The notes under the pieces: model-generated
The model's database searches: none
Told to the model about the DNA's origin: nothing
Seen by the model: the letters and a program-made list of their open reading frames with translations, nothing else
Shown here: positions 19,944-27,990 of the stretch, in pieces
How the letters are laid out: each line of letters starts with the position of its first letter
How positions within the stretch are numbered: the stretch's first letter is position 1
Position numbers and translations under genes: made by a program
Assembly (NCBI GenBank): GCA_964539385.1
Contig: CAZIJC010000002.1
Coordinates: forward strand, 16,001 to 80,000
Source: an uncultured Anaerolineales bacterium
GTDB lineage: Bacteria; Planctomycetota; Phycisphaerae; FEN-1346
Length of the DNA stretch: 64,000 nt
Reading direction: 5' to 3'

Positions 19944-20861
19944 CTATTTCACGCAGTACTCATCGAAGCCAAGGCGCTGGAGTTCGGCCCGCACGTGCTC
20001 GGCCTCCTCCGGCGTCAGGTTTCGCATCGGGGGGCGAGCCGGGCCGCAGTCCAGGCCGACCATCTTCATGACGCTCTTGGCGGCCGGCAGGAACGAACCG
20101 GTCGTCGTGTACAGCAGGTGGATCATCTCGCGGGACCGGCGCTGAAGGTCGCGGGCCGTGTCGAGGTCACCCGCCTCGAACGCCTCCATCATCCGCACGT
20201 ACAGCGGCGCCGAGAAACTGTACGTGCTGCCGACCGCGCCGCGTGCGCCGATCGCCAGGCCGGCGAGCAGCGTCTCGTCGCGGCCGTAGAGGATATCGAA
20301 CCGTCCGTCCGCCACGTCGAGGCACCGTCCATAGTCCATGAGGTCTTCCCAGGTGTACTTAATGCCGGCGAGGGTCGGGATGGCCTCGGTCGCGGCTTCC
20401 AGGAAGTCGGCCATCGGGAACTCGACGCCGGTCATCCCGGGGATGTGGTAATAGTAGAAGGGCAGCGCGGGCGCCGCCTCCGCAACCCGGGCGCAGAACG
20501 CCACCAGGTCCTCGATGGTCTGCGGCTTGAAGAAACACGGCCCCATCGCGCCGATGCCATAGGCGCGGATCTCGGCCGCGTGGGCAGCGAGCGCTTTGGA
20601 CTCGGCCAGACTGTTGTGGCCGACGTGGATGATGACCTTGAACCCGTCGGCCGCCGCGTCCGCCCACCGCCTGGCGACGTCCATCCGCTCGGCGACCGTC
20701 AGCAACAAACTTTCGCCGGTCGTTCCGCACGCGAACACGCCCGCCACGCCGTTTCGCGCCAGCAGGTCGGCGTACGGTTCGACGGCAGCGAGGTTCACGC
20801 CACCGTCTTCAGCCATCGGCGTAAACGGCGCCGCAATCAGCCCTTCGATGCGTTCTGCCAT
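19944..20861 (-). CDS. nanA: N-acetylneuraminate lyase (DHDPS family)
   Basis: GLIAAPFTP, GTTGES, LPFYYYHIP, GIKYT, GAVGSTY; adjacent to the NanM-SSS fusion. Confidence 0.8.
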   Translation of the reverse strand: MAERIEGLIAAPFTPMAEDGGVNLAAVEPYADLLARNGVAGVFACGTTGESLLLTVAERMDVARRWADAAADGFKVIIHVGHNSLAESKALAAHAAEIRAYGIGAMGPCFFKPQTIEDLVAFCARVAEAAPALPFYYYHIPGMTGVEFPMADFLEAATEAIPTLAGIKYTWEDLMDYGRCLDVADGRFDILYGRDETLLAGLAIGARGAVGSTYSFSAPLYVRMMEAFEAGDLDTARDLQRRSREMIHLLYTTTGSFLPAAKSVMKMVGLDCGPARPPMRNLTPEEAEHVRAELQRLGFDEYCVK

Positions 20862-20877
20862 GGCGCGGGTTCCTTCC

Positions 20878-23604
20878 TCATGCGTCTTTCCGCTGGAGCG
20901 TGTAGAGCGTCAGCCCCGCGAGGGCCTTGCGCCGGGCGGGAATGATGAGGCTCGCGACGTATCCGACCACGACGCACGTGACCACGCCGGTGAAACTGTA
21001 CAGCAACAGGTACACGATGCCCGTCCGGCTCACGGTGAACTGGACGGCGGCACTGGCTGCAAGGCCCACGAGCGCGCCGACGCCGTGCGCCCGGCGGCTG
21101 AAGATGCCCAGCAGAAACAGGCCGCCCAGTCCGCCGGCGAACAGGCCGAGAACCTTGCTGAACTCGTCCCACAGACTCTTGACGTCCCATCCCGTCATGA
21201 GCAGCGCGAAGCCCATCCCGGCCAGCCCCACGACGACCGTCACCCATCGGGCCAGGGCGAGGCAGGTGCGGTCCTTCGCGTCCGGCTTGAAGCGGCGGTA
21301 GAAATCCGTGGTGACGGCGGTGGCGACCGAGTTCATGCTGGAATCGAGGCTCGACATCGCCGCCGCGAACAGGGCGGCAATCAGCAGGCCCGCCACGCCC
21401 GTCGGCAACTGCGTCACGATGTACCACGGGAAGACGGCGTCGGCGTTGGCGAGCGTCGGGTTCATCAGGTCCGGCCGCGTCTTGAAGAACGCGTACAGGG
21501 CTGCGCCCATTCCGAAGAAGAGCATCGACCCGGGGATGACCAGGACGGCGTTGGTCCAGATGCCGCGGCCGGCCGCACGCTCGTCCCGGGTCGTCAGGTA
21601 CCGCTGGATGACGGTCTGGTCGCTGCCGTACGAGATGAAGTTGGCGGCCAGTCCGCCCAGCAGGACGACCCAGAAGGTGGGCGTCTGAAGGTCGAACCGG
21701 AAGTCGAAGGTGTGAAACTTGCCGGCCTCGGCGGCGATGTCGATCATGCCGCCCAGGCCGCCCGGAATGTGCGCGAGCATCAGCGCGAGCGACAGCCATG
21801 CGCCGCCCAACAGGACGACCACCTGGAGGACATCGGTCCAGATGACCGCCTCGATACCGCCGAGCACCGTGTAGATGATGCTCAGGACGGCCATCACGAC
21901 GATGCAGACCCGCACGTCGATGCCCGTCACGACGCTCAGGGCGATCGACGGCAGGAACAGGATAATCCCGATCCGCCCCAGGTGCAACAGCATGAACATC
22001 ACGCTGCCGAACAGACGCGCCGCCACGTTGAAACGCTTCTCCAGGTACTCGTACGCCGTGGTCACGTTCAGGCGGCGGAAAAACGGCAGGATCAGGAAGA
22101 TGATCAGCGGCGCGACCATCACGATGGCCACGTTCCCCATGAAGTATCGCCAGTCGGTGGCGAACGTCTTGGCGGGGATGGCCATGAACGTGATGGCACT
22201 CAGTTGCGTGCCATAGATGCTGAGACCCGCCGCCCACCACGGCACGCGGCCGCCCGCCTTGAAGAAGTCGTCGGTCGTCTTTTCGCGCCGCGAGAAGTAC
22301 ACGCCCATCGCCACCAGGGCGGCCAGGTACACGCCCAGCACCGCGTAGTTGATCCATCCGAACGGCCGGGCCGGCGGCGGGTCGGCCTTCCAGACCTTCG
22401 GCGTGCGCACGCCGGGCCGGACCTCGCCGCTGGGGATGAAGATCGAGTCGCCGCGCGCGACCGCCGTCGTCGTCACGGGGCAGGCGCCCGGGAACCGGCC
22501 GACGCGTGTCCACGTGTCGGTGATCGTGTGGTAGGCGAGAAGATCGCGGCTGAAACCGGGATGGTCGTCGAGGATGCGGTTCTTCCCCCTGGTGAGCGCA
22601 TCGGCTTCGGCGCCGTCTCCGCGATCCGTCGCTTCGTCGATCCGGCGTCCGAGGCGCTCGAGTTCGAGGAACCGTTTCCCGTCGCCGCCGCCGAACACCA
22701 GGATGTGACCCGCGCCCGAGGCGACGGCCGACGCCGCCATGATCGAGCGCGGCGGTTCGCCTTGGGGGGCAACGTCGGCCAGGCGCGTCCACGTACCGGT
22801 CTTGGGTTTGTACCGGTAAGCGTCGGTCAGGACCCGTGTCTCGGCGTCGGGGGCGATGTATCGGCCGCTGAAAAGGTAGAAGCAGTCGGTCGCCCCGTCG
22901 CTCTGCGCGGCGGCCACCGGGAGTATGCGCGACGGTCCGGGCCAAGGGGCGAGTTTCTCCCACGCAAAGTCCGGGTTCCGGTCGGTCTCTTTCGGATCGA
23001 ACAGCGACAGGTCCAGCCGCCAGAAATGCTTCGTCGCCCGGGCGCCGGTCATCGTCTCCTGCCCGCCGGCAACGTAGATGGCATCGCCAACCTTGGCGGC
23101 CGCCATGAACGCCAGCGGACGGGGCAGGGACGGAAGCGTGCGATGGATAAGGCCCTGCTCGGCCGCATCGTACGCGACCAGCACCGTCTCGGTGTAGCAG
23201 CGCTGGGCGTCGCATCCCCCGATGCAGAGGATGCCGTGCTTTGTGGTGACCGATGCGCCGTAAGCCAACGGCCGCGGCAGTTTGCACTGCTCGTTGGTTC
23301 GCCATTCGTAGGTGCCGCCGCGAGCGGGTTCGAGGACGAAGGCGTTGTCGTGCCAGACCTTCTTGCCGCCGCCCCACGGCGGCGCGTCGGGGAAGTTCGC
23401 ACCGCCCGCAACGATGAGCCTGCCGCAGTCCACGCCGACGAACGGGCCGGCCACGCCGGGTTGGGTCTGCTGCCCCGGCGCGGGCGGCAGCGGCGGCAGG
23501 TCGGTCCAGGTCAGGGCGTCTCGTGCCGGCGGCTGCGCCTCGGCGCCCAGCGCCGACGACGAGGCAACCATCAGGCAGACGGCCATCGCCAAGAGGCGCC
23601 ACAT
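20878..23604 (-). CDS. Kelch-repeat NanM-like mutarotase fused to a sodium:solute symporter (SiaT-like sialic acid transporter)
   Basis: Signal peptide; VAGGANFP, CIGG, VAGG, FGGG, PSGEVRPGVRTP Kelch blades; then WAAGLSIYGTQLSAITF, GGIEAVIWTDVLQ, DQTVIQRYLT, AAMSSLDS; start could be 23640. Confidence 0.87.
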   Translation of the reverse strand: MWRLLAMAVCLMVASSSALGAEAQPPARDALTWTDLPPLPPAPGQQTQPGVAGPFVGVDCGRLIVAGGANFPDAPPWGGGKKVWHDNAFVLEPARGGTYEWRTNEQCKLPRPLAYGASVTTKHGILCIGGCDAQRCYTETVLVAYDAAEQGLIHRTLPSLPRPLAFMAAAKVGDAIYVAGGQETMTGARATKHFWRLDLSLFDPKETDRNPDFAWEKLAPWPGPSRILPVAAAQSDGATDCFYLFSGRYIAPDAETRVLTDAYRYKPKTGTWTRLADVAPQGEPPRSIMAASAVASGAGHILVFGGGDGKRFLELERLGRRIDEATDRGDGAEADALTRGKNRILDDHPGFSRDLLAYHTITDTWTRVGRFPGACPVTTTAVARGDSIFIPSGEVRPGVRTPKVWKADPPPARPFGWINYAVLGVYLAALVAMGVYFSRREKTTDDFFKAGGRVPWWAAGLSIYGTQLSAITFMAIPAKTFATDWRYFMGNVAIVMVAPLIIFLILPFFRRLNVTTAYEYLEKRFNVAARLFGSVMFMLLHLGRIGIILFLPSIALSVVTGIDVRVCIVVMAVLSIIYTVLGGIEAVIWTDVLQVVVLLGGAWLSLALMLAHIPGGLGGMIDIAAEAGKFHTFDFRFDLQTPTFWVVLLGGLAANFISYGSDQTVIQRYLTTRDERAAGRGIWTNAVLVIPGSMLFFGMGAALYAFFKTRPDLMNPTLANADAVFPWYIVTQLPTGVAGLLIAALFAAAMSSLDSSMNSVATAVTTDFYRRFKPDAKDRTCLALARWVTVVVGLAGMGFALLMTGWDVKSLWDEFSKVLGLFAGGLGGLFLLGIFSRRAHGVGALVGLAASAAVQFTVSRTGIVYLLLYSFTGVVTCVVVGYVASLIIPARRKALAGLTLYTLQRKDA

Positions 23605-23810
23605 GCGTCTCGTTTCCGGGTGTCGTCGCCGGTGTGCCATACGCCGCAGGCTACCGCACCATCCCGCTCGACGCAAGGAAACCGCGCCGGCGGAGCGGCA
23701 AGGTGGCGGGGCGCCGTGCGGCCCCATATTGCGTTGGCGTTGGCGTCGCCGCCGCCCTATCATCCGTTCAAGTTCCTGTCACCGGGGCGGAGGCCGATGC
23801 GCTGAGCGCC

Positions 23811-24004
23811 ATCGAGCCCGCCGCGGGAGCGGCGGGGCACGTACCTGTACGATGAACGCTAATACAAGGAGCTCGCTCTTGATCCGACCACGCACGCTTC
23901 GTCTTTGCCTTGTCGCGACACTGCTCCTGGCTTCGCCGGGGCCTTCGCCCGCTGCGACGAAGCATTCGCTCCCCGCCTTCGACTTCACTCGTCCGGCCGG
24001 GGCG
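23811..24004 (+). repeat. Copy 1 of a 194-bp diverged direct repeat (copy 2 at 25022-25215)
   Basis: Both copies begin TCGAGCCCGCCGCGGGAGCGGCGGGGCACGTACC and end TTCGACTTCAC.CG.CCGG..GGGGCG. Confidence 0.85.
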
Positions 24005-25066
24005 GCGGCCGGGGAAGCCTACAAGACAGGACCCGGCCCGCAGGAGGTCGAGACGATCACCTACGACTGGCTCGACGCGAAACGCGAGCGGCCGGTGCCC
24101 GTCAGGGTGTACTACCCGAAGACCGGCGAGGGAAGCGTGCCGGTCATCGTCTTTTCGCACGGCCTCGGCGGGTCGCGCGACGGATACGCCTACCTCGGCC
24201 GCCACTGGGCGAGTCACGGCTACGTCTCGGTCCACCTCCAGCACAAGGGGAGCGACACCGACGTGTGGCGCGGCAAGGCGAACCCGATGAAAGCGATGCG
24301 CGAGACGGCGGTCGATCCGCGCAACGCCATTGCCCGCACCCGCGACGTCCGCTTCGCCATCGACCGGCTCGAACAGATGAACCGCGAGACGCCGCCGCTC
24401 CGGGGCAGGCTCGACCTGGCGCGCGTCGGCATGGCGGGCCACTCCTTCGGCGCCCACACCACGCTCGCCGTCGCCGGACAGACGTACACCCCGCTGCTTG
24501 GGAAGCCGAAGACGGCCGACCCGCGCGTCAAGGCCGCCATCCCGATGAGTTCACCCGTGCCGGCCCGCACGATCGGCCTCGACGCCGTGTACCAGCACAT
24601 CCGCATCCCGTGCTTCCACATGACCGGCACGCTCGACTCGAGCGTCATCCGCGAGACGGACCCCAAGCAGCGCCGCATCCCGTTCGACCACACCCGCGGC
24701 GCCGACCAGTACCTCGTGACGTTCGAGGGCGGCGACCACATGGTTTTCTCCGGGCACAGGCGCCGCTTCGGCGACGGCGTGAAGGACCCGCTCTTTCACA
24801 ACCTTATCCGCCGGAGCACGACGGCGTTCTGGGACGCGTACCTCAAGGGCGACGCCAAGGCAATGGCGTGGCTGGCCGACGGCGGCTTCGAGACGCTGCT
24901 CGGGGCAAACGGCGTGTTCGAGAAGAAGATCAAACGGCGCGCGAAGCGCGCCCAGCCGGTCGTCGAGCCCGCTGCCGTCGAGCCCGCTGCCATCGAGCCC
25001 GCCGCCGTCGAGCCCGCCGCCGTCGAGCCCGCCGCGGGAGCGGCGGGGCACGTACCAGGCCCATGA
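23852..25066 (+). CDS. Secreted alpha/beta hydrolase (dienelactone hydrolase/PAF-AH-like)
   Basis: VIVFSHGLGGSR, GHSFG nucleophile elbow, TGTLD, GGDHMVF. Confidence 0.88.
   Translation: MNANTRSSLLIRPRTLRLCLVATLLLASPGPSPAATKHSLPAFDFTRPAGAAAGEAYKTGPGPQEVETITYDWLDAKRERPVPVRVYYPKTGEGSVPVIVFSHGLGGSRDGYAYLGRHWASHGYVSVHLQHKGSDTDVWRGKANPMKAMRETAVDPRNAIARTRDVRFAIDRLEQMNRETPPLRGRLDLARVGMAGHSFGAHTTLAVAGQTYTPLLGKPKTADPRVKAAIPMSSPVPARTIGLDAVYQHIRIPCFHMTGTLDSSVIRETDPKQRRIPFDHTRGADQYLVTFEGGDHMVFSGHRRRFGDGVKDPLFHNLIRRSTTAFWDAYLKGDAKAMAWLADGGFETLLGANGVFEKKIKRRAKRAQPVVEPAAVEPAAIEPAAVEPAAVEPAAGAAGHVPGP
24962..25036 (+). repeat. 5 x 15-bp tandem repeat encoding (V/I)EPAA
   Basis: RTCGAGCCCGCYGCS x5. Confidence 0.9.
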
Positions 25067-25215
25067 TCATCAACCAGAGGAGATCGACTTTGCCGCGACC
25101 GCTCGCCCTCTCTCTTTGCTTTGTCGCGATACTGCTCCTGGCTTCGACCGCGCCTTCGCCCGCCGCGACGAAGCCTTCGCTCCTCGGCTTCGACTTCACC
25201 CGGCCGGGCGGGGCG
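25022..25215 (+). repeat. Copy 2 of the 194-bp direct repeat
   Basis: Colinear with 23811-24004. Confidence 0.85.
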
Positions 25216-27741
25216 AGCGGGTGGCGGCCGACGCACGACATCTCGCGCCTGGAAGGCACGCGCGAGGGCTTGGTCATCGAGATCAGCGGCGGCGACCCGT
25301 ACACGATGGGCCCGGCGCTCGACCTGCCTGCCGGTGCGAAACTCTGGCTGCGGATGCGTCTGAAGGCATCGCAGCCCGGCACGTGCCAGGTCTTCTACTG
25401 GAAGCACGGTTCGGGCGCCTCGGAGGCAAAGAGCGTCCGTTTCGCCGTCCCGACGACCCACTGGGTCGAGAAGCGCGTGCCGCTGCCGGCGCTGGGCCCC
25501 AAGACGCACTTCCGCATCGACCCGCCGGGCGCTAAGGGCCGGGCCGTCATCGCCGCCATGACGTTCGAGCCGCGCGTCCTCCATCCCGAACCGAGGTGGC
25601 CGAAGCCGGTGCCGCCGGACTTGGCAGGCGAGACGGTCACCGTACGCTCGGGCGACCTCGTGCTGCGCCACGGCAAGGCGTCGCCGGGCGATTTCGTCGT
25701 CGAGGTCGCGGGCCGGAAGATGGCGACAAGCCTGACGCCATCGCTCATCGGGTACGTCCAGGACAGCGAGGTGCGGTGGATGCCCACCGGCCCGCATCTC
25801 CGCGACGCCGACGGCGCGACGTGGCGCATCGACTGGACGTTTGCGTCAGGCCGGCAGTCCGGGACCGTAGACGTCGCCGTACGGGTCACGGTGGACCGGC
25901 TGCGCGACGTCGTCTTTATGCCGATGTTCTTCCTGGCGCCGGGCGCGGGGTCGTTCGGCAACCAGAAGAATCAGGGCCTCTTTGCGGGCCTGGAGTACCT
26001 GGCGAACGAGCCGTCGAGCAGCGAGGCCGACATCAAGGGGCCTGCCTCGAAGCGGCAGGTGCCCCACAGCCTGAAGATCACCATGCCCCTGATGGCTATC
26101 CAGGCGAACGACCGGTACGTGGGCCTCGCCTGGGAGCGCGACCCGCAGTTTGCTGCCGTCTTCGATTCGCCCGACCGCCTGTTCGGCACGGGCGGCCACG
26201 TCATGGGCCTCATCTTCCCCGGCTCCGACGGCGAGAACCGGCCCGAAGCAAGCCTGATGCCGTACGGCAGCGCGCGGCTGGAGGCAAACAAGCCGCTCGT
26301 CCTGAAGGCCACCATCATCGGCGGCAAGGGCAAGAGCGTGATTCCCGCCGTGCGGCAGTACGTCGCATTGCGCGGCCTGCCGACGGCGCCCGACACGGGT
26401 CTCGATACAGACGGCTACGCGCGATTGGCCGCCGCCGGATGGCTCGACTCGAAGATCCGCGAGGGCGACCTGTATCGCCACGCCTTCTGGCCGAAGTTTG
26501 GACCCCACCCGGCGGCCGACGCGGCCCTCTGGATGGATTACCTCGCCCGGCACACCGGCGACGCGGCGTTGGGGGCGAGGCTCCGGAAGGCGGCGGACGG
26601 CGCGCTGGCGCGAGTCAACCCGCGCGATTACTACCACTCCGGCGTCTCGCACGTCCGCTACCCCGCCGCGCCGCTCACCTACGGCCACGTGGCGGAGGCA
26701 GTGGAGCGAGCGCGGCAGTCGGGGCGCAACGCGCTCAAGCGTTTCGAGCCCGATGGCAGAGTCCTGTATCGGCGGGCGAAGAATAAGCCCGACTTCGGCA
26801 GCACCCATTTCACGCCCGACGCCAACGGCCTGACGGGCCGCGTCGTGAAGGACGTCCTGGAGGCGGCCGCCTTCTGCGGCGACGCGGAACTCATCAAGGA
26901 GGGCCTGCGCGTCCTGCGGGCGCTCGAGGAGTTCGCGAACACCGTCCCGCGCGGAGCGCAAACGTGGGAGATTCCCCTCCACACGCCCGACATCCTCGCC
27001 TCGGCCCATCTCGTCCGCGCCTACACGCTCGGCTACGAACTGACCGGCGAGAAGCACTTTCTCGACCAGGCCCGGTACTGGGCGTGGACGGGCGTGCCGT
27101 TCGTGTACCTCGTCAACCCGACGGGCGGCAAGGTCGGGCCGTACAGCACCATCGCCGTCTACGGCGCGACGAACTGGCGGGCGCCCGTCTGGCTCGGCCG
27201 CCCCGTCCAGTGGTGCGGCTTGGTGTATGCCGATGCGCTGTGGCAGTTTCTGGACGCCGGCCCCGAGGCTTGGGTCGGTCCGTGGTGCGACATCGCGTCG
27301 GGCATCACGGCCGCCGGCATCCAGCACTCCTGGAAGCAGAACGACAAGGATCGCCAGGGCCTGCTGCCCGACTTCTTCCACCTGCGCGACCAGCGACGCG
27401 ACGGCCCCGCCATCAACCCCGGCACGGTTCAGGCCAGCGCCCCGTGGCTGTACGATGGGATGCTCGTCGTGTACGACTTCCATGTGTTCCGCCGCCATGG
27501 GCTCTACGTTCATGCGCCGGGTCCGGTCGCGAAGGACCTGGTGCCGGACGATCGCGTGGTGTTCGTTGTGGAAGGCCCGTCCAGCGGGCCCTACTACGTG
27601 CTCGTCAGCGGCCTGAAGGCCGAGCCGTCCATCCGCCTGGGCGGCAAGGACGTGCCGGTGTCCGACCCCCACCAGTACCTGCCGACCGGCAATCTGATCC
27701 TGAAGGTCGAAGGCTTAGCGCACATCACCATCGTCCCGTAA
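25063..27741 (+). CDS. Large secreted hypothetical protein (CBM-like N-terminus, alpha/alpha-toroid-like C-terminus)
   Basis: ATGA overlap; signal peptide; FDF...GWRP N-terminal domain; GYELTGEKHFLDQARYWA helix motif. Confidence 0.72.
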   Translation: MIINQRRSTLPRPLALSLCFVAILLLASTAPSPAATKPSLLGFDFTRPGGASGWRPTHDISRLEGTREGLVIEISGGDPYTMGPALDLPAGAKLWLRMRLKASQPGTCQVFYWKHGSGASEAKSVRFAVPTTHWVEKRVPLPALGPKTHFRIDPPGAKGRAVIAAMTFEPRVLHPEPRWPKPVPPDLAGETVTVRSGDLVLRHGKASPGDFVVEVAGRKMATSLTPSLIGYVQDSEVRWMPTGPHLRDADGATWRIDWTFASGRQSGTVDVAVRVTVDRLRDVVFMPMFFLAPGAGSFGNQKNQGLFAGLEYLANEPSSSEADIKGPASKRQVPHSLKITMPLMAIQANDRYVGLAWERDPQFAAVFDSPDRLFGTGGHVMGLIFPGSDGENRPEASLMPYGSARLEANKPLVLKATIIGGKGKSVIPAVRQYVALRGLPTAPDTGLDTDGYARLAAAGWLDSKIREGDLYRHAFWPKFGPHPAADAALWMDYLARHTGDAALGARLRKAADGALARVNPRDYYHSGVSHVRYPAAPLTYGHVAEAVERARQSGRNALKRFEPDGRVLYRRAKNKPDFGSTHFTPDANGLTGRVVKDVLEAAAFCGDAELIKEGLRVLRALEEFANTVPRGAQTWEIPLHTPDILASAHLVRAYTLGYELTGEKHFLDQARYWAWTGVPFVYLVNPTGGKVGPYSTIAVYGATNWRAPVWLGRPVQWCGLVYADALWQFLDAGPEAWVGPWCDIASGITAAGIQHSWKQNDKDRQGLLPDFFHLRDQRRDGPAINPGTVQASAPWLYDGMLVVYDFHVFRRHGLYVHAPGPVAKDLVPDDRVVFVVEGPSSGPYYVLVSGLKAEPSIRLGGKDVPVSDPHQYLPTGNLILKVEGLAHITIVP

Positions 27742-27876
27742 GTTACAAACCGTTTACACCGTCGAGTCAACAATTGGTGTACAACAGGACGAGAGAGGTA
27801 GTGTGCCAGACCGTCCGTGCCTCGCCGGCAGCGGGCTTTTCGCCGGCGAGCGCCATAGGGAAGCCGGAGAATGCGC

Positions 27877-27903
27877 GGAACCCTATGTGGCAAGCCGCGT
27901 CTA
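27877..27903 (+). promoter_or_regulatory. Putative ECF sigma promoter
   Basis: GGAAC-N16-CGTCTA ending about 90 bp upstream of the ATG at 27991. Confidence 0.55.
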
Positions 27904-27990
27904 TTCAGGAAAGCGCATGCGCGTCTTCGCCGCGCCGGCGGCGAGAGCGAACGTCCGATACCGAAGCACTCAAGGACCATTACCGAGGGC

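Noticed and set aside
20596-23805. 1069-aa plus-strand ORF and 921-aa alternate-frame ORF
   Set aside because: Overlap the well-supported NanM-SSS gene; Arg/Gly/Ala-rich with no motifs.
24962-25036. Possible CRISPR array
   Set aside because: Contiguous 15-bp units with no spacers; no cas genes in the window.
23905-25062. Apparent N-terminal extension making a 1278-aa protein
   Set aside because: Out-of-frame overlap with the hydrolase; the real start is ATG 25063 with a signal peptide. The same applies to the extensions of ORFs 14084, 23312 and 43641-45071.
27781-27900. Possible cobalamin riboswitch (GGGAAGCCGGAGAAT)
   Set aside because: No convincing B12 box or remaining conserved core; an Infernal/Rfam scan would settle it.
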